Source: a virus
Taxonomy: Duplodnaviria > Caudoviricetes
Virus record (IMG/VR): IMGVR_UViG_3300024520_004699
Coordinates: 1,275-65,274 of that record
Length of the DNA stretch: 64,000 nucleotides
Direction: 5' to 3' (one strand)
How positions within the stretch are numbered: the first letter of the stretch is position 1; every line of letters starts with the position of its first letter. Below are positions 1-7,861 of this stretch, piece by piece. The translations under genes and the position numbers were made by a program. The notes beneath the pieces are model-generated. The model had not been told where the DNA came from, did no database searches, and saw only the letters and a list, made by a program, of their open reading frames with translations.

Positions 1-737
1 CGACACATCTGGCGGTCATCTTCGACTACCCGGGGGGGTCTTTCCGCAACGACATCTATCCCAACTACAAGGCGAACCGTTCTTCCGCGCCGGAGGATCT
101 GGTTTCCCAATTCCCCATCATCCGCGATGCCACGCGCGCCTTCAACGTCGCCTGCATCGAGCAGGAGGGCTATGAGGCCGACGACCTGATCGCCACCTAT
201 GCTCGGCAAGCGCGGGAGGCGGGAGGCTACGTCACCATCGTTTCGTCCTACAAGGATTTGATGCAGCTTGTGCGCCCCGGCGTCGTCATGATCGACACCA
301 TGAAGAACAAGCGCATCGGCGTGGACCAAGTCGCCGAGCGCTTCGGGCTAGGCCCCGACAAGGTGGTGGAGATACAGGCGCTCGCTGGCGACCCGACCGA
401 CAATGTGCCGGGTGTCCCCGGCATCGGCGTCAAGACGGCGGCGCAACTGATCGGGGAATATGGCGATGTCGAAACGCTGCTGGCGCACGCGGACGAGATC
501 AAGCAGCCCAAGCGGCGTGAGGCCCTGATCAAGTTTGCGGATCAGGCTCGTATTTCAAAGCAACTGGTGACACTGAAGCAAGACGTGCCTGTTGACGTGT
601 CGCTGGGGGAGACGGGGATATGCGAATCCGGCACGCCTGATCTCCTCGGCTTTCTGACCAAAATGGAATTTGTCACGCTCACCCAGCGTGTGGAGGAGGC
701 AATCGAAGCTGAACCTTCGTGGTGTACAGAAGGCTGA
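1..737 (+). CDS. 5'-3' exonuclease / flap endonuclease (stand-alone DNA Pol I N-terminal domain), 5'-truncated
   Basis: Frame open from base 3: AVIFD..SFRNDIYPNYKANR..EGYEADDLIAT..LAGDPTDNVPGVPGIGVKTA (PolA 5'-nuclease and H3TH motifs). It stops at 737 with no polymerase domain. Confidence 0.9.
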   Translation, partial: THLAVIFDYPGGSFRNDIYPNYKANRSSAPEDLVSQFPIIRDATRAFNVACIEQEGYEADDLIATYARQAREAGGYVTIVSSYKDLMQLVRPGVVMIDTMKNKRIGVDQVAERFGLGPDKVVEIQALAGDPTDNVPGVPGIGVKTAAQLIGEYGDVETLLAHADEIKQPKRREALIKFADQARISKQLVTLKQDVPVDVSLGETGICESGTPDLLGFLTKMEFVTLTQRVEEAIEAEPSWCTEG

Positions 738-741
738 AAAG

Positions 742-1578
742 ATGACCGTGCCAAAATCAATAAGTGCTCCAGTCGAGGGGGCCAAGCTTAGGGTTTTGAG
801 TCTTGGAGCTGGGGTTCAGTCGAGCACAATGGCATTGATGGCGGCGCACGGCGAAATTGGCCCCATGCCAGATTGTGCTATATTTGCAGACACCGGAGCA
901 GAGCCAGCGGGGGTATATGACCATCTTCAATTTTTGATGTCAGGTAATGTTCTACCTTTCCCAATCCATGTGGTTAACAATGGGAATCTTTATGAAGATC
1001 TCATGAAGGGCATGAACTCCACCGAAAATAGATTTGCTTCAATTCCATTCTTCACCGTCCACAAGGGGAAGAACGGCATGGCCAGAAGGCAATGCACATC
1101 AGAATACAAAATCACCCCCATCAACAGAATGGTGTCCAAATTATTGGACGGTAAAAAAAAGAAGGGGTCTGTCGAAATGTGGATTGGCATAAGCCAAGAT
1201 GAGGTTCTCAGAATAAGGCCCAGCAGAGTTCAATATATTGTGAATAGGTTCCCGTTGATTGAGGTTGGCATAAACAGATCTGGCTGTTTGGAGTGGTTGA
1301 AAAAGCACGGGTATCCAGACCCACCAAAATCAGCTTGCACGTTTTGTCCATACAGATCGGATGCCAGTTGGAGAAAGATGAAGGGTGATGATGTCGACGC
1401 TTGGAATCAGGCTCTTGAGGTAGACGCAGCTTTGCGCTTACATTCTAGCAGGCTGGATGCAAAGTTATTTTTACACAGCCTGAGAAAGCCTCTGTCGGAA
1501 GTGGATCTGTCCACCGCCGAGGAAAAGGGCCAACCGGATTTGTTCAACAATGAATGCGAAGGGATGTGCGGTGTCTAA
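742..1578 (+). CDS. PAPS-reductase-like / adenine-nucleotide alpha-hydrolase family phage protein
   Basis: VLSLGAGVQSS PP-loop-like motif, IFADTGAE, RQCTSEYKI, KSACTFCPY and C-terminal ECEGMCGV cysteine cluster. Confidence 0.75.
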   Translation: MTVPKSISAPVEGAKLRVLSLGAGVQSSTMALMAAHGEIGPMPDCAIFADTGAEPAGVYDHLQFLMSGNVLPFPIHVVNNGNLYEDLMKGMNSTENRFASIPFFTVHKGKNGMARRQCTSEYKITPINRMVSKLLDGKKKKGSVEMWIGISQDEVLRIRPSRVQYIVNRFPLIEVGINRSGCLEWLKKHGYPDPPKSACTFCPYRSDASWRKMKGDDVDAWNQALEVDAALRLHSSRLDAKLFLHSLRKPLSEVDLSTAEEKGQPDLFNNECEGMCGV

Positions 1579-1876
1579 CAAAGAACAGATCAGCATTAAG
1601 ATGGAACCTGAGCTGCGCCATGTGCTGGCTCATATGTCCTACGCCATAGAAGCCCTTGCCAAAGGCAACCTTGGCGAGGCACAATACGAAATTGAAAGCA
1701 TTAAGGGTCTGGTCTTTTGGGATAACGATGAGGCCATGGCCGCTGATGCAGAAGCACTCTTTGGTGGAGGTGAGGAAGATGGCGGGACGAACAAAGAATT
1801 GCAAGGGGAAGAATTGCAAAAAGAAGGGCAAGGGGGGACGAAAAAAAGGCTCCCGCAAGTGCAGCGGCAAACGTAA
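1550..1876 (+). CDS. hypothetical protein
   Basis: 108-aa ORF coupled to the upstream gene; start uncertain. Confidence 0.4.
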   Translation: MNAKGCAVSNKEQISIKMEPELRHVLAHMSYAIEALAKGNLGEAQYEIESIKGLVFWDNDEAMAADAEALFGGGEEDGGTNKELQGEELQKEGQGGTKKRLPQVQRQT

Positions 1877-1890
1877 ATAGTTGATCAATT

Positions 1891-1966
1891 GCCTCTATAG
1901 CTCAATGGCAGAGCAGCGTCCTTGTAAGGCGCAGGTTGTCGGTTCGATTCCGTACTAGGGGCTCCA
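1891..1966 (+). tRNA. tRNA-Thr(TGT)
   Basis: Acceptor GCCTCTA/TAGGGGC plus encoded T-CCA; D-arm GCTCAATGGCAGAGC; anticodon arm GCGTC-CTTGTAA-GGCGC; T-loop GGTTCGATTCC (one-base bulge in the T stem). Confidence 0.9.
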
Positions 1967-1972
1967 AGTTCT

Positions 1973-2105
1973 GGCAGCGGCGTGGAAAGCAGACACGCGA
2001 CATGCGTTTACATAATGAAGGCAATGTGGGCATGCAACCTTCACGTAAAGGGTCTCTGGTGGCTCCATGTTCCTCACCAGAAGCCGGAGTAGCGCCCGGC
2101 CTGCC
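1973..2105 (+). ncRNA. putative tRNA-like structured RNA
   Basis: Terminal pairing GGCAG/CTGCC, 5' hairpin GCGTG-GAAAGCAGA-CACGC and 3' hairpin GCCGG-AGTAGCGC-CCGGC. GGAAAGCAGACACGCG recurs at 2121-2136. Confidence 0.4.
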
Positions 2106-2506
2106 TAGTTCATCGAGGGGGGAAAGCAGACACGCGGGTAATTCCAATTTGGAGGGATAAAATGGAGGGCAATATAATTGTTCTCGACGAGCACAGACCA
2201 GAGGCAAGCAAAGCCTTCAAGGATGCATGGCTGAAGGAAACATTGGAGCTTTTGGAAGCCGAATGCCTTGAGGACGAAGAGAGCGAACGTAAGGCAAAGA
2301 TGAGAGCGAAAACCTTACCATCCTGATGGCCAAGAAAAACAGGAAAGCCCGCATACAGACAATGATCCGGCGAGACAGATCAGCCCGGAATGATAAATAT
2401 GGGATCGGCGGGGCGCTTAAAGAGAGGCACAAGCCGGTGCCGGTCACTCTCGCCAAGCTGAAATTCATGGAAGATGAACCAAAAGATTCAGGGTCTACCT
2501 AAATAT

Positions 2507-2809
2507 CTACAACTGACCAAGCTCATCGAGAGCCGCGCCGAGTGGTCCGTCCGGAGATCCATCAGGGGCCCGGGTCAAGGCCTTCATCAAAACATTCAGC
2601 GGACATCCGTATTGAAGGGCGAGGCTCGCGGCGATGGAGGCATCCCGCGATGCGGTGTTGACGTGGGTGCCCGGCTTCCCGGCCACCAGAAAGATCTCAC
2701 CCGGCTCACCATTCTCAAAGTAAGAGACCGTGGCCTCGTAGTTCATTCCGTCGAGCCGAAAGCTGTAGGCGTTGCCGTGGCGTCTGTTGGGCAGGGCGCG
2801 TCGTATCAT
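2507..2809 (-). CDS. stand-alone TSCPD-like domain (resembles the C-terminal domain of class II ribonucleotide reductase NrdJ)
   Basis: RRALPNRR..ATVSYFENGEPGEIFL..SIAASLALQYGCPL pattern. Confidence 0.65.
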   Translation of the reverse strand: MIRRALPNRRHGNAYSFRLDGMNYEATVSYFENGEPGEIFLVAGKPGTHVNTASRDASIAASLALQYGCPLNVLMKALTRAPDGSPDGPLGAALDELGQL

Positions 2810-2819
2810 TTGATCCTCC

Positions 2820-2861
2820 AAAAAAATCCCGGCCCACCCATAACGAAGAAGAGTGGACCGG
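2820..2861 (-). terminator. intrinsic terminator after the DUF932-like gene
   Basis: Minus strand: CCCGGTCCAC...GTGGGCCGGG stem followed by a T run. Confidence 0.5.
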
Positions 2862-2886
2862 GCTCCTGTTGCTGCAGTTGGTGAGC

Positions 2887-3972
2887 TTAGGCTGCTACAG
2901 CCAACTCCTGCCACTGGTTGCGAGGCAGCTCGATGATCTTGGCTCCAACCCGCTCCAGCTCGGAGGCACGGTCGTAGCAAGAGGCATCTTCAGCCGCTCG
3001 CGTGATGGCGTTGGACAGGCCATAAGCAGACCCCTCGACCAGATGGTCAAGAACGGATTTGCCCTCGTCGTCGGTCAGGGCAAATTTCTCCTGAACAATC
3101 TCGATGATCTCCGACTTGGGGCGCTCGATGATCAGGCCGCGAGAGGCTCTTATCTGCTCGACAATTCTGTCAAACAGCTCGCCGCTCAGAGAGGCGCGAA
3201 CAACATCGCCCAGCTGTGCAAACAGAGCACGGTCGGAAAGTTTTTTGGTCTCGTCCGAAAAAATCTCCGAGATATTTGAGTCCGCGCTGTCGACGTGGGC
3301 CTTGCCAAGATGTGTCCTGCGGATTTGACCCTCAGACCACACAGCGAGATTTGAACAGTGGACCGTGTGGGAAAGAGGGACGGCGGCCAAGGCACCAAAC
3401 CCAGTCTCAGAATTGGTGACGCTGACTCCCGGCTGCAGAACATCAATCTGCGTGTGACCTTCACCCCAAACAAAATTCTCTTTACCGGCAGGCGGAATTT
3501 CAACCTTGATGTCAGGGATGATTGCCTTCAGGTAAAACTTCCGCTCCGTGACATCGCACGACACGATCTCTGCCTTGGATTCCTGAATGACAGGAAGAAT
3601 GGCATTGGCTAGATCGAAGTTGTCGAGACAGCGATAGCGGTCTGACAAGAACGCACGCGCTTTGCCGTCGAGGGTTCTGACGAGGCGCTTGGCAGGGTTG
3701 GCCTTGAACCAATGGTTCACGTTCTCGGCGAGGAGATCGGGGGCTTCGTTGCGGAGCCTGTCATAATACTTTGCGGGGATACCGACGTGAGTGCCAATTT
3801 GGCGATGGCAGTTGTCGGTGGCTTCGAGTTCCTGATCGCCGATGCGAAGCTTGGTGCATCCTTCGTCAGGGGAAATGCTGAGCACATCCGTGTCAGCGAT
3901 GTAGTCGTGTTTTGCGTCCTGTTGGCGGGTTAACTCCGCCGCGAGTTCGGTTAAGGTTTTTCCTGTCTTCAC
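2887..3972 (-). CDS. DUF932-family phage protein
   Basis: KTGKTLTELAAEL..HRQIGTHVGIPAKYYDR..RLVRTLDGKARAFLSDRY..NSETG..HCSN; GTG start with an AGAAGGAG SD. Confidence 0.7.
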   Translation of the reverse strand: MKTGKTLTELAAELTRQQDAKHDYIADTDVLSISPDEGCTKLRIGDQELEATDNCHRQIGTHVGIPAKYYDRLRNEAPDLLAENVNHWFKANPAKRLVRTLDGKARAFLSDRYRCLDNFDLANAILPVIQESKAEIVSCDVTERKFYLKAIIPDIKVEIPPAGKENFVWGEGHTQIDVLQPGVSVTNSETGFGALAAVPLSHTVHCSNLAVWSEGQIRRTHLGKAHVDSADSNISEIFSDETKKLSDRALFAQLGDVVRASLSGELFDRIVEQIRASRGLIIERPKSEIIEIVQEKFALTDDEGKSVLDHLVEGSAYGLSNAITRAAEDASCYDRASELERVGAKIIELPRNQWQELAVAA

Positions 3973-4023
3973 TTCACTTCTCCTTCTCAATTGGTGCAGG
4001 TCAGGCTGACCAGCTGACTTATT

Positions 4024-4050
4024 TGTAACGAACGGTTACATCTCCGTCAA
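4024..4050 (-). promoter_or_regulatory. leftward sigma70-like promoter overlapped by a TGTAAC-N5-GTTACA operator
   Basis: Minus strand TTGACG-N17-TACAAA; palindrome at 4024-4040. Confidence 0.6.
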
Positions 4051-4183
4051 CACCTGTTTGTATCTTGAGACACATACACACAGGGTCAACGAATCACCCC
4101 CAAGCAAAGCATAAAGAAGTAAATGCAGTAACGATAAGCTATTGCTGTTCTCTGTTCTACAGTATTCAAGCAAACAAGATAAT

Positions 4184-4213
4184 TTACCTAAATAAATTTA
4201 GATGTGCTATAAT
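4184..4213 (+). promoter_or_regulatory. rightward promoter (extended -10)
   Basis: TGcTATAAT at 4205-4213 in an AT-rich divergent intergenic region. Confidence 0.5.
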
Positions 4214-4269
4214 AGTGTATGGCCAAAACTTGGTCATTGCTCTTTGACAATCAAAGAAGGAGACCAGCG

Positions 4270-4455
4270 ATGGAGGACACCTACATCGTTCATCTCAACG
4301 ACGAGGCTCCCCGCATTGGTAGTGGGGTGCGCCTGATCAGAGTGCTGTCTCTCGGGTGGAAGTGGGTGAAGATCGAGAACCCATGCACCGGGCGTCAGAA
4401 GAAACTGAGCAGGTCAGTCTGGGATGAACTCAATGCCACCCGGCATCGCGGGTGA
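4270..4455 (+). CDS. small early hypothetical protein
   Basis: AGAAGGAG SD, ATG at 4270. Confidence 0.6.
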   Translation: MEDTYIVHLNDEAPRIGSGVRLIRVLSLGWKWVKIENPCTGRQKKLSRSVWDELNATRHRG

Positions 4456-4502
4456 CCAACGGGCCCCGGCTTCGGCTGGGGCCCACCAACAAGGAGAGAG
4501 AG

Positions 4503-4748
4503 ATGAAGAACAAACCCAACAGAGTTTGGATCGAGCTAGAGCAGCCAAGCTCGGACGAAGAAGGAGAGCGCCGGGCGAAGCAGGCGAGCCGCATGCTGAA
4601 ACGTCTAGGCGTTCCCTATTGTCAAGCAGTGTGGTGGTGGCCAAAGCATAAGGCATATTGCTTCACCATCTCCACGGCGGGCTGCTTTGTCGAGGCCACG
4701 GATAATGGACACTGGTACAACCTAGACTATCTGGCATCACCTCACTGA
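4503..4748 (+). CDS. small early hypothetical protein
   Basis: Preceded by a GGGCCCCGGC-TTCG-GCTGGGGCCC hairpin and an AAGGAG SD. Confidence 0.6.
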   Translation: MKNKPNRVWIELEQPSSDEEGERRAKQASRMLKRLGVPYCQAVWWWPKHKAYCFTISTAGCFVEATDNGHWYNLDYLASPH

Positions 4749-4827
4749 GGTCGTGCCATGGGTGGGGGCGTCACCTCACCGAGGTCACGCCTTTTTGGTA
4801 GTGGCACCACTTCACTGAAGTCACGCC
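4738..4827. repeat. three 20-bp direct repeats with palindromic cores
   Basis: CACCTCACTGAGGTCGTGCC (4738), CACCTCACCGAGGTCACGCC (4772), CACTTCACTGAAGTCACGCC (4808). Confidence 0.75.
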
Positions 4828-4900
4828 CCCACCTGTCAAGCCCCAGTTACGAAGAAAACCCGGCGCAACTGGGAGGGTAGTAATGATTGCAATTATGCGC

Positions 4901-4929
4901 TTGTAACTGCTGGTTACACACTCTATATA
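4901..4929 (+). promoter_or_regulatory. promoter with a TGTAAC-N5-GTTACA operator
   Basis: TTGTAA-N17-TATATA; palindrome at 4902-4918. Confidence 0.55.
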
Positions 4930-5197
4930 TAGGGGACGCCGGAGCCTGAACCGGAATCGACCCAAAATAGTGCGGGGAAAAATACAGGCAGCGCCAGCAG
5001 GGCCGTGAGACGTAACAGCCACGGTAGGACCAAGTCGCTCCCAAACCACTGGAAAGACCGCACGGCAGACCAGCCCCATCATAGGTAAGGAGCCCGACAG
5101 GAAATTTCTGCGAGTGCATTCCGATGGGCGGCTAATCGAGGCCATCCTTCAGAGTGTGTCAGCGCGCACTCTTAAATGAGAGAGAAGGAGAGAGACG

Positions 5198-5395
5198 ATG
5201 ACCCTGATTACATTTACACCGGCTTGCCGGGACAGCGCAGCGAAGATCATTGAGTGTCGCTGCGAGAATGGTGTTGCTGCATATCTGGTGAATGAAGTTG
5301 AGCTGCATCGGATTTACACCACCGATGAGAAGCGGATCAAGGCGCACTGGAACGGCTTCGTTGGATATCATCGCCAGCCATCACCCAAGCGATAG
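5198..5395 (+). CDS. small early hypothetical protein
   Basis: Hairpin plus AGAAGGAG SD upstream. Confidence 0.55.
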   Translation: MTLITFTPACRDSAAKIIECRCENGVAAYLVNEVELHRIYTTDEKRIKAHWNGFVGYHRQPSPKR

Positions 5396-5474
5396 ACGCT
5401 ACTGTTCCGGTCCCGCCGCTCGCGGGGTCGGCGCAGTGTCGCCATGCGGCATGCAAAGAGAGACGGAGGACGAG

Positions 5475-5654
5475 ATGAACATCAAGAAATTTGAGAGCCT
5501 CATAAAAGAGCGAGGTCGCCCGAGCGTCTTCATCGACGTTCAGAGCTTTACGGCAATTGTCCGGTGGCCATCTGTCATCGAGGCTGAGGAAATTCGGCTG
5601 GACAAAGGCAGAAACCCCAAGGCCCATGCTTTGGCATGCCGGATTGCCAGCTAA
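5475..5654 (+). CDS. small early hypothetical protein
   Basis: GGAGG SD upstream of the ATG. Confidence 0.55.
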   Translation: MNIKKFESLIKERGRPSVFIDVQSFTAIVRWPSVIEAEEIRLDKGRNPKAHALACRIAS

Positions 5655-5750
5655 TTAAGGAGAAGGAGGCTGAACCGTTGGAGGCTGGGTCCATTGATCC
5701 AGCTTCTCGCCGTGCAGCAACCGTTGTACGAATGGGAGAAGGAGAGATCA

Positions 5751-5996
5751 ATGGCTACCACGATCTGGAAAGACAAACCCGCCTCCATTCTCACTTGGAG
5801 CGACACTGAAATAGTAGGTGGATGTGTGTGGAATTATCTTGAGTACAAAAATGAGCGAGGGGTGATAAAAAGATTTCGCAGTTATGCCAAATATCCTAAT
5901 GGCTGGTTTCGTCTAGCAAAGAAGGTTTGGCATCCCTGCACCTATTTTGAAAACCTCAAGCTTTCAAGAATCCATTTAAGGGTAACAGTTGGGTAG
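5751..5996 (+). CDS. small early hypothetical protein
   Basis: AGAAGGAG SD upstream. Confidence 0.55.
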   Translation: MATTIWKDKPASILTWSDTEIVGGCVWNYLEYKNERGVIKRFRSYAKYPNGWFRLAKKVWHPCTYFENLKLSRIHLRVTVG

Positions 5997-6078
5997 ATGC
6001 CTGACGCAACGGAGTGGGGCCACCAGCGGCCCCACCTAGATGCGCCAGCAGGAGCATCAAAGGAAAAGGAGGAATGCC

Positions 6079-6381
6079 ATGACAAAATTTCGTACCAGAA
6101 AGTCCATTCCCAACCTGAATGGCACCAGCTTGGATGAGCTGAAGGAGCAGCAGCGCAAGGTTCACGAGGAGTGTGCCTCTTTGGCGCAAGCACTGCGGGC
6201 GGCTTATCCCCATGGGCGTGACTATCAGCTCAACGAGGGTGGCAGCCCAGCAAATCCCGGCTACGACTACAAGGGTGACTGTGAGCTGAGCGAAGTCATG
6301 CTCGAAGCAGTTGAAGCTATCAGGACCGCGTCTCACAATGAGTGGGTCCGTCTCGATGGCTTCACAAGGAGGAAGTCATGA
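6079..6381 (+). CDS. hypothetical phage protein
   Basis: AAGGAGG SD; NLNGTS..PHGRDY motifs typical of a small phage protein family. Confidence 0.6.
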   Translation: MTKFRTRKSIPNLNGTSLDELKEQQRKVHEECASLAQALRAAYPHGRDYQLNEGGSPANPGYDYKGDCELSEVMLEAVEAIRTASHNEWVRLDGFTRRKS

Positions 6382-6545
6382 GCCAGAAACAATTAGGAGC
6401 TGTGCTTGTATTCAAGCCCGGCACGACAATCGAGAAAGCCAAGAAGGCTCTCTTGAAACTGGACGATGCAGACTTGCTTGAAAGTCTGCCTAACATCGAG
6501 ACGTTTGACCCCCGATATGGAGGTCCAGTTTTCTACGTCCCTTAG
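6378..6545 (+). CDS. small hypothetical protein
   Basis: ATGA overlap with the upstream gene; AAGGAGG SD. Confidence 0.55.
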   Translation: MSQKQLGAVLVFKPGTTIEKAKKALLKLDDADLLESLPNIETFDPRYGGPVFYVP

Positions 6546-6566
6546 ACGCCACCGACCCGGCCCACC

Positions 6567-6608
6567 ACGAGAGCCATAGAAGCCGAGGGTGCCATTCCCT
6601 GCGAGCGA
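6567..6608 (+). ncRNA. orphan single TIGR-like unit
   Basis: ACGAGAGCCA-TAGAAGCC-GAGGGTGCCA-TTCCCTGC-GAGCGA: same 10-8-10-8 register as the main array. Confidence 0.7.
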
Positions 6609-6663
6609 TCTTGGTGAGCCGGTGCAGTGCCGCCAAGGCACAAAACGAGAGAAGGAGGAATGC

Positions 6664-7539
6664 ATGTCAAAAATTGCTTACATCGACAAAAACTTCAGAG
6701 ATGAAAGTCTGGGATTGATAGGCCACGCCAACACAATCATTGACGAGTATCAGGCTCAGGGTTTCGATCTGACATTGCGTCAGCTGTACTATCAGTTTGT
6801 TGCCCGGGATCTGATCCCGAACACTCAGCGGTCTTACAAGCGCCTCGGCGGCATCATCAACGATGCCCGTCTCGCCGGTCACATCGACTGGGAGGCCATC
6901 GTGGACCGCACGCGCAACCGGCACACCCATGCGACATGGGATGACCCCGCTCAGATTATCCGGGCGGCGGCCAGCAGCTATAAGGTCGATCTCTGGGAGA
7001 CCCAGATATATCGGCCTGAAGTCTGGATCGAAAAAGAAGCGTTAATCGGCGTGATCGAGGGTGTGTGCAAAGAGTTTCAGGTTCCATATTATGCATGCCG
7101 TGGCTACAACTCACAGTCGCAGCAGTGGCGAGCCGCAGTCAGGGCCGAGGCTCACGAAAAAAACGACCAGCAGCCAATCATCTTTTATTTTGGCGACCAT
7201 GACCCCAGCGGCATGGATATGCCTCGCGATCTGCGGGACAGGTTCAAGCTGTTCATAGGCGGCCATGAGCTGGAGAGGATTGCCCTCAACAAGGATCAGG
7301 TGGATGAGTATTCTCCTCCGCCAAATCCAACCAAGTTGACGGACAGTCGCTCGACTGACTACATCCAAGAACACGGTGACAGTTCATGGGAGCTGGACGC
7401 TCTCGATCCTCCGGTCATCGCCGGGCTGATCCGCAAATGTCTTGAGGGCATAACGGATCCGGGATCTTGGGATGAATCGCTCAAGCGACAGGCGGAGGGG
7501 TGTGAGCTTCTCGACTCTATCGCCAATGAGTATGGATAA
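6664..7539 (+). CDS. Toprim-domain protein (TopoVI-A/Spo11/JetD-like)
   Basis: LTLRQLYYQ winged-helix Tyr motif, WIEKEAL, FGDHDPSG (DxD), RIAL, WELDAL. Confidence 0.7.
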   Translation: MSKIAYIDKNFRDESLGLIGHANTIIDEYQAQGFDLTLRQLYYQFVARDLIPNTQRSYKRLGGIINDARLAGHIDWEAIVDRTRNRHTHATWDDPAQIIRAAASSYKVDLWETQIYRPEVWIEKEALIGVIEGVCKEFQVPYYACRGYNSQSQQWRAAVRAEAHEKNDQQPIIFYFGDHDPSGMDMPRDLRDRFKLFIGGHELERIALNKDQVDEYSPPPNPTKLTDSRSTDYIQEHGDSSWELDALDPPVIAGLIRKCLEGITDPGSWDESLKRQAEGCELLDSIANEYG

Positions 7540-7585
7540 GACGTTACTGTTCTGGCCCACCACCAACCATTGAGTTTCCTCCCAT

Positions 7586-7618
7586 GGTCGGGGCCCTTCG
7601 GGGTCTCGGCCTTTTTTT
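7586..7618 (+). terminator. intrinsic terminator
   Basis: GGTCGGGGCCC-TTCG-GGGTCTCGGCC followed by T7. Confidence 0.8.
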
Positions 7619-7619
7619 G

Positions 7620-7646
7620 TTGCGTAACTCGTCGTTACAATATAGT
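7620..7646 (+). promoter_or_regulatory. putative promoter of the tas/TIGR operon with a GTAAC-N5-GTTAC operator
   Basis: CGTAAC-TCGTC-GTTACA at 7623-7639, overlapping -10-like TACAAT and next to TATAGT, directly after the terminator. Confidence 0.55.
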
Positions 7647-7861
7647 CTTTGAACTGTGTCGCCTATCCGGTTGGATCTCCTGCCGGGTGGCAGCGCCAGA
7701 GAGGCCCGGTTCCCAGCCCCCCAGCACCCGGGCCTCTCCCCGGTGTCACTCCAGTTGGTGCACCACGGGGCCAGAGCGAGCCGTATCTCGCGTCGCTGTC
7801 TTCGCCGATGCGAGGCTCTGGCCCCACTCATAATGATGAACAAATAACAAGGATTGAGCCC

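Noticed and set aside
1891-1966. tRNA as a prophage attachment site / host-prophage boundary
   Set aside because: No integrase or duplicated tRNA 3' end was seen, and genes on both sides look phage-like.
7649-7861. N-terminal extension of the Tas ORF from TTG 7649
   Set aside because: Pro/Gly-rich translation of GC hairpins; ATG 7862 with an upstream AAGGA is the more plausible start.
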